Assembly (NCBI GenBank): GCA_050613775.1
Contig: JBODTK010000128.1
Location: 372,001 to 436,000 of the forward strand
Reading direction: 5' to 3'
Length of the DNA: 64,000 bases
Source of the DNA: Neocallimastix sp. 'constans'
Taxonomy: Eukaryota
In this document: piece after piece, positions 38,320 through 53,662 of the stretch
Numbering within the stretch: the first letter of the stretch is position 1
Layout: each line of letters begins with the position of its first letter
Position numbers and translations under genes: made by a program
Notes under the pieces: generated by a model
Told to the model about the DNA's origin: nothing
The model's database searches: none
What the model saw: the letters and a program-made list of their open reading frames with translations, nothing else

Positions 38320-39866
38320 CTTTCTTTTAACATTTCTATAGAATAACCCTATTTTTATAATATTTATATTTATACTTTCTCTATCTCTTTAATAATATTA
38401 TTAATTTGATTAAATTAAACATCTAACCTTATAGATTACTATAAATATTATATATATTAATATATTTATATATTTATACACAATATCAAAAAATTAAATG
38501 AAATTAATATATAGATAACCTCAATTAATAATATATCCATCACATTCTCTTAACATGTAATCATTTGGAAATATATGTACAATTTTATGAAATATAGATT
38601 GTAAATTTTATAATTTAACTTTTTTTTCCTTCTGTAATATCACTTCAAAATTTTAATAGTAATAAATAAAATTATTTTTAAAAAAAATAATAATAATTAA
38701 AAAAAAAGAATTAAATTTAATATAATAATTTTTTTTATTTGTTTTTGAAAGTATAATGAAAGTATAGATATTAGAAGATTTTGAATCCAATTTTCCATAT
38801 AATTAACATATGATATGAGAATATATAAAGATAAAATATAATAATTATATAAATTAAAATGAGTGATAGTAATATTATTAAAACTCAATTATTAGAAAGA
38901 ATCCATTATTATTGAAGAAACATCTTTAATTAAATAGTAAATTAAATTATTATTACCAATAAGTTTTATGGTATATCATCATTGATGAAAAATGTTGTAA
39001 TGCACCATTCATAATGATTAGAAAATCTTTTTAACAAGGAAACTAAATATTGAAATGATAAAAGAATTTTATCATATATAATTATATCTAGTAAACTACA
39101 AAAATATACTAAAACTAGGATATATTTCTTTAAAAGTAAAGATATATACCTGAGATATTTATATATTAGCTGTAAGTGATGTAGCTAATAATCTTATAGA
39201 CATCTGATCCATTAGCTCAAAATCCAATTACTTTAATTATTTGTTAGTTAATAATGATATTTCATAACTATATAAATTAATATGAATATCATCAATACTT
39301 TTTGGTAATAATATTAATTATGAACTAAATATTGATATTTGTTATATTCTGTAAATTGATATAAAATTTTACATATTCAAGTTAATGCTATCCATTACTT
39401 AATATTACTTCCATTAATTAAATGTATGACATCATATGTATATTCCAGGGTTTAAATCAATAATTTACCTCAAAAATACTAGAATAATTTATTATTTAAT
39501 TATCATTGGATATTCATATGTCTAAACTGGAAAAAAACCAATACTGGATTATCATCCGTATTTCTACTATCAAATAATTTAAATATGATTTATTATTGAA
39601 AATTATATTATATATTCTATATATAAAGATATAAAGAAAAATAATTTAATATATAAATTAAATAATTATACAATAAAGTTATTATTATAATCATATTCTT
39701 TTGAAAAAATCCCAAATATATATATTAGTGAGAACTTGAATAGTATTTAAATATAGAATATAATTAATATATTATCTATAAATTTATATATTTATGTATT
39801 ATTTTATTAAATATTGTCAATTAAAACCAATAATTTTTTATTTTTTATATTGATTAAATTATTTTT

Positions 39867-39910
<44 letters not shown>

Positions 39911-40352
39911 ATATATATGTATATATTAAGTTTTGATAATAAAATTTTATAATATTTATTATTGTTATTATAAATAAAGTAATCAAACTTACTAATTATA
40001 TTTATTAGTTAAATTTTTAATTTTGGAAAATTTATTTAATAATTTTATAAGAGTATTTTAAAGAAATAATATTTTTCTTTTAAATTTATCAAATAAGTTT
40101 CATTATGTGTTAATACTTAATTACATACATAACTCTCTTTTAAAGCTTAATAAGAAAAGTAAAGTAATCTTTTATTTTTATTTTTATTTTTATTTTTTAT
40201 TTTTTTTTTTATTTTTTATATTTATAAAAATAAAGAATGACCATTATCATATAATTGAGATAGAAATTATGCATATTTATTCTATATTATATGAGTAATA
40301 TAGTATAGAATAAAAATTATTGTTTATTTTATTATTAATTAAACAATACATA

Positions 40353-43300
40353 TTAGATTGAAAAATTCAAGGGAATTTTACTTTTTCTATTAATATATTT
40401 TATATATCCATTAGAAAAAATAAACATTTGTGAACAATTTTTGTAAAAATTTAAATATTTAATAACTGCATCATAATCAGTTTTACTCTTAATACATCCG
40501 CAAAAGTATGATTTATGATATAAACATTCCTCTCTTTTTAATGAATTAAAATAAACTTCAGTATTATCTCCTTCTGATTTAAAAAGATAATATATTTTAT
40601 CAAATGAATACAAAATTAGTATTAAGAAATAACATATACCATTTACAATATTATTAAATAATATATATGTATCGTTTTTATAATAAAAGGAAAAATAACT
40701 AATTAACTTTTAAATAAAAAAATAATAAATATATATATATATATATTATTATTATTATTATTATTAAATTAATTGTTAAAATATAGATATAATAAATAAA
40801 AAATTAGATATTAATATTATATTATAAATAATTTATTAAATAAGTATTATATTTTATACATTAGCAAATGGTCCCATTATTATCCATATAATAGAAGAAT
40901 ATGCAATGAATCTTGTACATTTGAATATGTAAACATAATTCCATATTTTTATTGCTCTTGTTAATACAACTATAATATATATAAATTCAACTAAATCTAT
41001 ACTTGAATTTAATTTAGCTAAAGGACATTCATATCTCCATTTTCCCTCATAATCTTGAATATCTATTATTTTATCATTTCTATTAGTAATTATTGATATA
41101 ATAATTATAGCAAGGAAAATTATATACAATAAGATAAGTTCTACATTTAATATATGTATATAGCTTATACTTTTACTGATCATACTCATATCTATATTAT
41201 TACTACTTCCATGACTATAAAGTAATACCATTGAAGATCTTTTTTTTGATTCTCCTTTATTAATTTTGTCATTACTTGAATTAAGTTTATTTATTTCTTT
41301 TTCTATATTTTTTATTAAAGCAAGGTTCATAGAATCATCTTCTGAATTTTCTTCTTTGGAATGATCAGTATCTGAATCCATAATAATTGGCTTAGTATTA
41401 ATATTAGATGATAAAGTTTCTAATTCCTTATAACTTAAACCTAATTCACATCCTGTTGAAGTATAGATTAAAAATATAGTACATACTAATAAAATACCAC
41501 TATGCTTAAATAAAAATTTTAATGCACAACTCGGATAGTTTGAAAATTCATTAAAATTAAGACTACTAAAAAATAAACATAGTCCTATTAATGTTAATAG
41601 AGATTTTATTATACCTGTATCATCTATAATCATTTTTTTTCTGTGATAAATGAAATATATCATTATAATTAAAATAATAATGATAATTGGAGCTGTTATT
41701 ATATGATTATATATATCACTATTTATAACATATTATTTATAATTTAAATAATATATATTTTAAATATTTATTAAGAAATAATAATAAATGTTAGCATATT
41801 TAATACAAATATAAAATTTTATTTTTATAAACACATATTTATATTCATATATAATATTTATAATATAATTGAATATTTATAACATTTATATTACAATTTA
41901 TTAATGATAGAATTTATTTTTTCCTGGCATTTATCTCCTCTCCATCCTGGAAAACATTGACATTTATTATATTCAATTTTATTAATATTTGGATATTGTT
42001 TATTTTTTACACATTCAGCTTGTCCAGTATTAATCGGGCAATCATTATTACATTTTGGATTTTCACAATAAAAATAATTAAATTTATCATATGTTGTAAT
42101 TTGTTTATCACTACATTCCATAATTTTCCCATGTAAATACATATCTTCAAATATGATATCATAGTTTTTTCCAACATCTTCATTATATAGTTTTAAATTA
42201 AATGAAAATGGATTTGATGCATATATTTTAAAATTGTTTAAATCACATTTTCCTAAGTTTAATATATATATCATATAATTTTTATAATTATACAAATTTG
42301 TAAATTATTTTTATTACTATTTAATTTTTATAAATTTTTATTTTTAATTAATAATTTGTGTATTTTGTTATATTTCTTTTTATTCATTACTTCTTTTTTA
42401 TTAAATCCTTACTTATTACTTATTATTTATTATTTATTATTTATTATTATTTATATTAAAACATATATCTATCTCTTTGTATATATAATTTACATAATTT
42501 ATTACCTTTGGAAAAATAACAGGTATTTCCTATAATTTTATTTTGTCCAGATCCCTCAATAATTGTCATATTTAAATTTAATATTATATTTCTATAATAT
42601 TTAGATATGTCAGTAATTGTTTGATTAAATATATCTTTAAGAACAAATTTTAATTGATATTCTTCTCCACTTATAAAGGTTAAATCATTCGGGTTTTTAA
42701 TTTCATGAATAATCTTATATGGTCCCGTGGCATAATTATCTCCGTGTGATTCGGCTAAATTATAATGATAGGTTATATTTTTATTTTCATTAATATTTAA
42801 ATATATGTTTTTGTTTCTATTTCTATTATAATTTTGTATTTTAGTATTTTCTATATAAATTGCTCCACCAGAATATGCATGATTCATTGAGAAATTTAAA
42901 TTTTTTATATTTAAAAAGTTTAAATCAATAAATTCTAAATAAATGGAACCACCAAAATATTTTGCCTCGTTATTAGTAAATAATGTGTCTTCAATTTCCA
43001 TTAAGACGTTATAATTATCAGATAAAGGTTGACCAAAATATATAGCACCTCCATTCAATCCATGATTGTTATGAAAATGAGTTGACGAAATATTCAAATT
43101 TAAATTATTAATATTTGTAAAACATCTAATTTTAAAATATAATGTATAAATATATACATATTATGATATATATTAATTAATTTAATTTAATAAATTACTT
43201 ATAATATTAATCATAATTTTATTACTTACAAAGAACCACCATTATTTCTAACTAAATTATCATAAAATTTTGATCTAGTGATAGTTATATTAATATTATT

Positions 43301-44161
43301 ATTATATGACATTATACCACATTTTAATTTATTTATATTCCAATTATAATATAAATTACTATTATCTATATATATAATTGACTATTTTTTAATAGTAATA
43401 TCAATAAATATATATATATAATGAATAATAATTTTAAAATGATTATTACATGAATATTTATATAAAAATTGATTAAAAGTAATTTACTAACATTAAAAGA
43501 TTTATTGCTAATTACTGGACCATATGAAGTTACAGAGTCTATTTTCAAATTATTTAAATTTACATATGATAAATTCCCTCCAATTTTAATAAAATCTCCA
43601 TTGGATCTACAATTGCTAATTGTTACGTTATTCATAGTAAATATATTTCCATAATCACTTGAATGAAAATCTAATAAGGAAGAATCATCGCTATCACCAT
43701 TACATAGAATATTTTCAAATAAACAATTATTAAACATAATTGTTCTATATAAAGCTCTAATCACTGCTTTTGAATTGGATATAATATTACTAAAAGTAGA
43801 ATTTGAAAATTGAAATTGTGTCTCTTCCGAAAATAAACTACTTCTATGAGAACTAATTACATAAATAATTAATATTAATATAATAATAAATTAATATGTA
43901 TATATAAATAACTAAATAAATAAGTAATAATAGATAGAAAATAGATAATACGTTATATTTCTGAATTGAGAATTATTAATAAATACTTCAGAATTTCCAT
44001 TACTTATTATAATTGGTATTGAGACTCTTGATTCTATATTGCTAAACTCTGAATCTGAAATATAAACAGTATTACTATTTCCATCAATCAGAGAGCTAAT
44101 ATCTTAAAATTATATGAATCAATTAGATATACTTATATTTATTATATTATTACTAATAAAA

Positions 44162-44256
<95 letters not shown>

Positions 44257-44522
44257 TATACATTAACATTTAAAATTATTTACTTTCAAATCTTGAATTT
44301 TCAATATTAATATGAGCATATTCATGTATCGACGCATTAGTCGTAGAATGAATTAAATAATTAGAATAGCTGTGACAATTTTTAAATATTGAATTCTTTA
44401 TTCTATTTATTTAGTGTAATATACAAATTAAAATTTAAAATAGTTATATTAATTATATTATAAATAATAATCACAATTAATAATGAATAATAAAAATTAT
44501 AATAATAATAATAATAATAATA

Positions 44523-44554
<32 letters not shown>

Positions 44555-45133
44555 GATAGTAATAATAATAGCAAGAGAAATAATGATAATTCTAATATCA
44601 ATTACTCAAATATTGTTTTGTATACTGCAAACAAAGGCTTATTTAATTGAATTAATATATTTTCCAAAGTTGAATTACTCATTGTTACTTTATTTCCAAA
44701 AGTTGTTGAATAAATAAATGAGCATTCATAATCTATTCCTCCATTCATTTTTGTAAAATAACCTTAATAAAAATAAAATATTTTAATATAATTTAATAAA
44801 TTAAAAATATATGTATAATGTAGGTATTAGTATATTGATTCATGTCATATATAATGAAAATATGTTTTTATGAATAATTTATGTACAATTATCAATTTCA
44901 ATATTCCCACAATGATTAATTCCTAAATATTTATTGTTATCGAAATAACAATCTTTAAATTTCATTAAAAAGCAATTTGGTGAAATTAACATATTATAAT
45001 ATTTATCAATATGATATATTAGAAATAATTGGTCTGAATTACTGTATATTAAATATATAGATTTAAATGTATAGATTAAAATATTTATTTATTTTATTAA
45101 GAAAAAAGTTAAAAATATTTTATATTTAATTAA

Positions 45134-45208
<75 letters not shown>

Positions 45209-45895
45209 TAAATAATAAATAATAAATAATAAATAATAAATAATAAATAATAAATAATAAATAATAATATTAATTATAGTGAATAAATCTTTATATTATA
45301 TATATAACAGTAGTAATAATATGTTAATAATATATTGCACCTACATAAATTTACATTTATTAAAAATAACTTGAGGTGATGTTTGCTTAGATTTTGTACA
45401 AGATACTTTAAAATTAAACATTTTACCCCTTATTTCTAAAAAAGTGCAATTATTGAATTCTATTGTAAAAGTATTATAATCATCTTTATATTCTATATCA
45501 AATAAGCTTATAGTAGGATTCATTCCATAATTATAAAAAGTAATGTTTTCAAAAATTAATTTTTTATTGACTAGACCAGAATTAATTTGAATGATAAATG
45601 ATCCATTATCTAAAGAATTGAAATCAAAAACCGTTCCATTTTTACTATAAAAATGTAATGTATTTTCTAGTATAAGATGAATGTGATCAGTTGATGTAAT
45701 TATATAATTATTTTCATTCAATACTACTTTAACTTGGTTCATACTAATAATACTATTAATTTTTTTAGCCATTTCATCTATACTATTCTTATCATTATTT
45801 AATTCAAATTCATAAGAATATGCTTTTGTATTGAAATATATAAATACCATTAATAAGAATAAGTGGAAATTTTTATAGAAATTTTGAAATAACAT
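40353..45895 (-). CDS. Class C-like 7TM receptor with signal peptide, right-handed beta-helix (pectin-lyase-like/Pmp-type) ectodomain and EGF-like domain; about 11 exons
   Basis: There is an N-terminal hydrophobic signal (FHLFLLMVFIYFNTKAYS), repeated IFENITF/FNNCTF and FxxN..GGAIY motifs, and an EGF-like CQCFPGWRGDKC. Seven hydrophobic helices lie across 41720-40590, followed by C-terminal CLYHKSYFCGC. Internal exon boundaries were only partly checked. Confidence 0.85.
44163..44250. repeat. 88-bp perfect spacerless palindrome (AAT)n/(ATT)n in a receptor-gene intron
   Basis: The centre lies between 44206 and 44207 (ATAATA|TATTAT), with 44-bp arms. Confidence 0.9.
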
Positions 45896-46016
45896 TTTTT
45901 TTATAAATATTTAAAAAAAATAAATAAATAAAAAAATATTAATAGAATACTTTGAAATAATCTTTTTCTTATTATTATTAATTTTTTTTTTAATTTTAAA
46001 TTAATCTTTCTTTTTC

Positions 46017-46086
<70 letters not shown>

Positions 46087-46555
46087 GTTCCATAAATTTT
46101 AAAATAATATTTGAATATTATCATCAAATATATTTATATTTTTATTATATATATTTTATATTGATCTTTTTTTTTTTCTATAATTTATAATTTCTTTTAT
46201 AAGCTTTATAAAGATTTTTGAATATCCAAATAATTAATATAAAAATTAATTTTTAAATAATATTCTATTTTTCGAAATCATAGTTTATAGTTTGATACAT
46301 TATCAAGTATTTGACATTCAAATTAAAAATTTAAAAATTTATTAGAATTAAAAAAAATTTTATTATATATAAATAGAAAAAGATATATTTATATATTTTA
46401 TTATTAGGATTATTAAAAAAAGATTATTTAAAAAATTATAAATTTAAATTTAAAATATTCATCAATTAGTTGATTTTCTCATTTACATATTTATTTATTT
46501 AATTAGGAAATTACATATTCATTTATTTATTAAAATCTAATAATTAATAATTAAG

Positions 46556-46587
<32 letters not shown>

Positions 46588-48055
46588 TTCAGTTATTTAA
46601 TTATTTAATTGAGTATTAAATAATAAACTTTAACATGATTAAAGCTTCTTATTAAAATAATGAAATAATACTTTTAAATTGTTTTTTTTTTTTTTTTTTT
46701 TTTTTTTTCAAGATATATATATATATTAATTATGATTTTCTTAAAATAATTTTTTATTTTAATCCTATATAAATATTTATTACTTATTATTATTTTATTT
46801 TACAATTTGTAAAGTTGGAAATATAAAATTGTATATATAATATTATATTTTTATTATATTTTTCTCTTTAATTTATACTATGTAAATTATATAATATATT
46901 ATATTAAAAAATAATATAGTTTTAACAATTAAAAATATCAATAAACTATGTTATATAATATCTTTTTTATAATATAATAAATTTGCTTAAAGTACTTAAT
47001 AAGTATATATTCATAATTATATGTTGTAACATATATATTATGTAGCGAGATACGTACTGCATAGCAACCCTTCATTAATATAAAATATTATTAACAATTT
47101 TTATAATTTATTTATATGTTTAATTTTATTATTATTTTTTTTTTAAATTTAAATTTAAAAAGTGTTCATAATAAGTATAATTAATTCTATTAATAAATAT
47201 ATCATAATCATTAAGATTACTATTAAAAATTAAAAATATTTGGAAACTCCTTTTTTAATAATAATTATACTCAAAATCTGTTTTCAATAGTGGAAAACGG
47301 TTCATTATTAATATCTCTTGAAATAAAAAAAAAAACAATAAAAATCACTATTTTATTAATAAAACAATAATGATTAGGAAAATAATTTTACTAAACAATA
47401 AAATATATATTATTAAAAAAAGTACCACTATTTGAATTTTTGTATTAGAAACATATACCTATTAATTATTTCAGAAAATTAAAATATGAAATAATAAAAA
47501 TAATTATTTCAAAATTATAATTTAATATTTATGTAATTAATATTATATAAATTATTTATTATAATAAATTATATATTTTTTATATTAATTTAAAGTATTA
47601 TTAATTAAAAAGATTAATTAAAATAATTTTGGTTAGTGTATTCTAATATATAATAAAGTACGTTATTTTCATATTAATATGAATAAAATAAATTGATATA
47701 AGTATTTTAATATATTATTTATATTATATATATATACTTTAAAATTTTAATTTTTTTTATATTTGTTCATTTATTTATTAATATAAATTATATATAATTT
47801 ATTTATTTCATTTATTTATTTTAACATACATATATTTTATACAGTTATGTTACAGAATAATATTATTACTATAATATATAATTAATATATAGTGTATTAT
47901 ACATATTAATGTAACAAATATATATATTTTTTATTAGAAATTAAATTTAAATTAAAAAAAAAAAAAAAAAAATTAACAAAATTAGTTTCTTTTTCATAAC
48001 TTTAATAAAACAATAACTAAAAAATAAAATTTTTTACTTTAAAACATAATAATAA

Positions 48056-48096
<41 letters not shown>

Positions 48097-48599
48097 TTAA
48101 TAATTATAATAATAATATTGATTAACATTTTTATATTATAAATTTTAATTTTAATTATTTACATTTAATAAATTTAAATAGTTATATATTTTCAAAATTT
48201 ACAAAGTATAAAGTGATAATAATTGGAAAAAATATTTTTTGGATTTATCTTTTAATCCAATTTTTTTTTTATTTATAAAAAAATATAATAAGGATCTGAA
48301 CTGATTATTGGATAAAAAAAATAATAATTAAAAAAGGTATATCTTATTAAATATATAAGTATTTACGTTATATGCACGTAATATAAATTAATAATAATAA
48401 TTTAACAATTTATAATTTAAAATATTAATGTTTTACCGTAGTATAAAATAATAAAATTATATATTTTATTTTCCATATTATTTTTTATATATATTAAAAA
48501 GCTTTTATTATTATTATTATTTTTTTTCTTTATATATGATCTTATATATTAACTTTTATGTATATATATATACATAATCATTATGACAAAAAAACAAAA

Positions 48600-48644
<45 letters not shown>

Positions 48645-48696
48645 ATAAACATTTTTATATTTTAATATTAGAATTATATAAATATTAAAAGAAATC

Positions 48697-51600
48697 ATGT
48701 CAAATTCAGATCAGAGCTCTTATGATTCTGAAGAAATAATTCAAGAAGAAAATAATCCAGAATGTAAAATAAAAAAATTTTTTTCTATATTTAAAAATAA
48801 TTATTAAGATATCTCTTATATAATTTTATATTAAATTTAATATACTTACTTTTTTATTTTATATTTTTATTTTTATTCTTTTTATTTTATTTTATTTTAT
48901 ATTTATTAATACTTTACTCTTTTATACTTCACTATATATTTTATTTTATTTTTATAAATACTTTACTCTTTTATACATCACTATATATTTTATTTTATTT
49001 TATTTTTATTAATACTTTACTTTTTTATACTACTTCAATATATATTTTATTTTATTTTATTTTTATTAACGCTTTACTCTTTTATACTACTTCACTATAT
49101 ATTTTATTTTATTTTTATAAATATTTTACTCTTTTATACTACTTCAATATATATTATATTTTATTTTTATTAATACTTTACTCTTTTATACTACTTCACT
49201 ATTTATTTTATTTTATTTTATTTTATCTTATGTGATATGTTGTGATATGTAAAAAATATACTGTTTTATAATATAATATATTATTGAATTTACTTTATAA
49301 TGTTATTGAAATATATTATTTCAAAAATAGTGATAAAAACAAAAGAAATAGTTGAATCAGATTCTGATGATGATGATGATATACCGATTTCTCAAAGAAG
49401 GTCAAAATTAAATTCATCAACATCTTCAATATCAGATATTACATTAACTAATGATAAAGGTTTAAGTAATATATCTGATTCAAATAGTTCTGATTCAGAT
49501 AGTGACCAACCTTTATCTCAAAGAATATCTGCTTCAAATTCTTCTCAAAATATCTTACCAAAAAAAAGGAAAATAAAAACAGAATCAAATACTACAATTA
49601 CAAATGATAACGAAAGTAGTGATTCAGAAGATGACATTGCTTTATCTAAAAGAAGAAAAGTTGCACCTTTGAAAGTAATATTTTAATAATTATTATTAAT
49701 AGTGAATTAATATTCTTTTTTTTGTTTGTTTGTTTTTGAAACTAATAATTTGATAAAATTAAAAACAAATCATTTTTAGAAAGTCAAAAAGGAAGAAAAA
49801 GAAATAAAGAAAGAAATAAAGGTACAAATATATATATTTAAATGATAATAAAATGAATGATAATAAAATGATAAGAATACTAATATTGATTCTATTATTA
49901 AAATAATTATTTAGGAGGAAGATGTTAAAAAACCAGTTAAGAGAACTCGAACTAAAAAGGAAGAAGATGAAAAACCAACCACAAAAAGAAAAAAGGCACA
50001 GACTAAAGTCAAAGAAGAAAAAGTATCAAAAAAAAAGAAGAAGAAGGAAGAAGAAGAAGTTGAAGTATTTCGTTGGTGGGACAATGAGAAAGAAGATGAT
50101 AGTATTAAGTGGACAACATTAGAACATCAAGGTCCATACTTTCCTCCAGAATATGTTAGTCATGGTATTAAGATGAAATATAAAGGTATATTATTATATT
50201 GTTAAATTTAAATTTAATATCTCATAAATCAAAATATATATGTATTATTATATTTTAATTAATTAAGTAATAATAATAATTCATTATTAATATTAAATTA
50301 TATTAAATTATACATATTTATAAGGAGTACCAATTGATTTAGACCCAGAATGTGAAGAAGTTGCAAACTTTTATGCCCAAGTTATTGGAACAGATTGGGG
50401 AGAAAATCCAACATTTAGGAAAAACTTTTTCAAAGACTTCCAAAAAGTATTAAAGAAAAAAATGCCAGTAAGTTAATAAAAATAAAAATAAAAATAAATA
50501 CCATTAAAAATTATTATAAAATTATTTTTATTAAATAAATATTAACATTAATTTTTTTTTAAGGGATGCCCAATAAAAAAATTCGAAGATTGTGATTTTA
50601 CTCCATTAACAGAATATTTTGCAGAATTAAAAGAAAAGAAAAAAGCAATGACAAAAGAAGAAAAAGAGGTAATTTAACTTTTATATATATATTATTTATT
50701 ATTAAATATATATATATATTATTTTATTTTTTATTTTATTTTATTTTATTTTATTCAATCTGTACTTCATATTTATATTTCTACTATTTATTTTATTTAA
50801 TTTTATTTTATTTTTTGATACAATGAAAAATTAAATAATTGATAAAATAATAATAATTTTATTTAAATTAAAAGGTTATTAAAAAGGAAAAACAAGAAAT
50901 TGAAGATAAATATGGATGGGCATTATTAGATGGAAGAAAGGAAAAAGTTGGCAACTTCAGAATTGAACCTCCAGGACTATTTCGTGGACGTGGTGAACAT
51001 CCAAAAACTGGAACATTAAAAGTAATTAAACTAAATATTTATTTCATTAATTAAAAATTAATAATTAATTAATAAAATTAATTTAAGAATAATTAATCTG
51101 AATATTTGTTACAAATTATTAAAAATATATTTAATATATTTAATATATTTAATATATTTATTTTATTTTTTCTTATTTTTTTTATTTATTTTCTCTAATT
51201 ATACCAACATTATATTTATATTAATTATACCAATATATTTTATATAAAAAAATATTTAATTAAAAAAAAAAAAAATTGAACGAACTAAATAGCATCGAGT
51301 ATACCCAGAAAGTGTTACAATTAATATTGGTGAAAATGCTACAATACCACCTCCACCTGAAGGTCATAAATGGGGAAAAATTATTCATGATAACACAGTA
51401 ATGTGGCTAGCAATGTGGAAAGAGAATGTTAATGATAGTTTTAAATATGTTTGGTTAGCTGCTGGTTCTTCATTAAAAGGTCAAAGTGACTATAAAAAAT
51501 TTGAAAAAGCTAGAGAATTAAAGGTATTATTTAGATGATAAAAATAATAAAAGAATATAACTTAAAAATAAATTTTAAAAATTAAATAATTTTGATTTGA

Positions 51601-52982
51601 TTTTATTAATATATTATTAAAAATTAAATATTCATATATTATTCTAATGTTATTGATAATATTATTAATTAATTAATTGTTTATTTATTTTTATTTATAT
51701 TCAATTGTTTGTTTTTTTATAAAATAGAAACATATTGATAGAATTAGAGCAGAATATACAGCAGAACTAAAAGATAAATTAATGGCTACAAGGCAAAGAG
51801 CAACTGCTCTTTACTTTATTGATAAATTAGCACTTCGTGCTGGTAATGAAAAAGGTGATGATGTTGCTGATACTGTAGGTTGTTGTTCACTTCGTTATGA
51901 ACATGTAACACTTGAACCACCAAATAGAGTTATTTTTGATTTTTTAGGTAAAGATTCAATTAGATATTACAATGAAGTTGAAGTTTCCAAACAAGTATAT
52001 AAAAATATTGAAATATTTAAAAGACCTCCTAAAAAAGAAGGTGATATGCTTTTTGATCGTTTAAATACTACAATATTAAATAGGCATTTACAAAAATCAA
52101 TGAAAGGTCTTACAGCTAAAGTATTCCGTACATATAACGCTTCATATACTTTCCAAGAAGAATTAAAGAAAACTGTTAAAAATAGTACTATAAATGAAAA
52201 ATTATTAGCATATAATCGTGCAAATCGTCAAGTAGCAATTTTATGTAATCACCAACGTGCAGTATCGAAAAATCATAATGATCAATTAAAAAGAATTAAA
52301 GATAAAATATTAACAAGTAAATATCAAAGATATTTAGTTTCTAACGAGATTCTTGAAATTGATCCATCATTAAAAAAGAAGAAGCCAGAGTATGGTAGAT
52401 TAAGTAGAGGAATTACAAAAGAATTTATAAAAAATTATGAAGAAAAAGAATTAGAAAAGAAGAAAGCAAAATTAGAAAGAGATAATGAAAAAAGAAAAAA
52501 GGAAGGCAAAGAACTATTAACACTAGAAGATGTTGAAAAAAAGAAGCATCAACCATCATTGGAAAGATTACAAAAGCAATATGATGTATTATCTAAAAGA
52601 ATTAAAGCTCAACAATTATTATTGATTGATAAGGTATATATATATATATATATATTATTAAACTTCTATATTATTAGATTAATTTTTGATAAAAAATATT
52701 TTAAAAAAAAAAAAAATGATATACCTTCAATGGTTAATTCAAATATATATTTTATATCATTAATATGTTAATATATTATATATAATATTTAAATACTCAT
52801 CTCAAAAATAGGATGAAAATAAAACAACAGCATTGGGTACATCAAAAATTAATTATATTGATCCAAGAATTTCTGCAGCTTGGTGTTATAAATATAATGT
52901 TCCAATTGAAAAGATTTTCAATAAAAGTTTAAGAAATAAATTTAAATGGGCGGTTGAAGTTGACGAAAATTTTGTATTTTAA
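48697..52982 (+). CDS. TOP1: DNA topoisomerase I (type IB); 10 exons, approx. 48697-48763, 49331-49674, 49780-49821, 49915-50185, 50325-50467, 50564-50669, 50875-51021, 51293-51523, 51728-52633, 52812-52982
   Basis: Motifs include [68 protein letters not shown] and ILCNHQR. The catalytic Tyr motif [14 protein letters not shown] is present. Confidence 0.98.
48905..49225. repeat. ~50-57-bp minisatellite (6 copies) in TOP1 intron 1
   Basis: The unit ATACTTTACTCTTTTATACTACTTCACTATATATTTTATTTT recurs at ~48911, 48960, 49014, 49071, 49123 and 49175. Confidence 0.85.
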
Positions 52983-53220
52983 ATTAAAATATCCTAAAAA
53001 AAAAAAAAAAAAAAATCAAAAGAAAAAAATTATTTAATTTATTTATTTAAATTTTATAATATAAATTATTATATTATGAAATATATATATATATTTAAAA
53101 GCATTTTATTTTATTTTTATTTTGTTATTATATATATATAATATAGTTTTATTTTGAGATTTTTATTTATTTTTATTTATTTTAATTCTCATTTTAATTA
53201 TTTAGTATAATGTAATTAGC

Positions 53221-53662
53221 ATTTTTATTTTTATTTTTATTTTTATTTTTATTTTTATTTTTATTTTTATTTTTATTTTTATTTTTATTTTTATTTTTAT
53301 TTTTATTTTTATTTTTATTTTTATTTTTATTTTTATTTTTATTTTTATTTTTATTTTTATTTTTATTTTTATTTTTATTTTTATTTTTATTTTTATTTTT
53401 ATTTTTATTTTTATTTTTATTTTTATTTTTATTTTTATTTTTATTTTTATTTTTATTTTTATTTTTATTTTTATTTTTATTTTTAATTTTATTTTTATTT
53501 TTATTTTAATTTTTATTTTATTTTTATTTTTATTTTTATTTTATTTTTATTTTTAGTTTTATTTTATTTTATTTTATTTTATTTTATTTTTATTTTATTT
53601 TATTTTATTTTATTTTATTTTATTTTATTTTATTTTATTTTATTTTATTTTATTTTATTTTA
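53221..53662. repeat. Long (TTTTTA)n then (TTTTA)n simple repeat
   Basis: It is directly visible over ~440 bp between the convergent 3' ends of TOP1 and the next gene. Confidence 0.95.

Noticed and set aside
37170..39600. Complex sequence patches that may be transposase or gene relics
   Set aside because: No diagnostic motif or sustained reading frame was recognisable by eye.
49922..50122. 66-aa basic ORF (also 11862-12077, 19482-19802, 26590-26922)
   Set aside because: These are alternative-frame overlaps of real exons.
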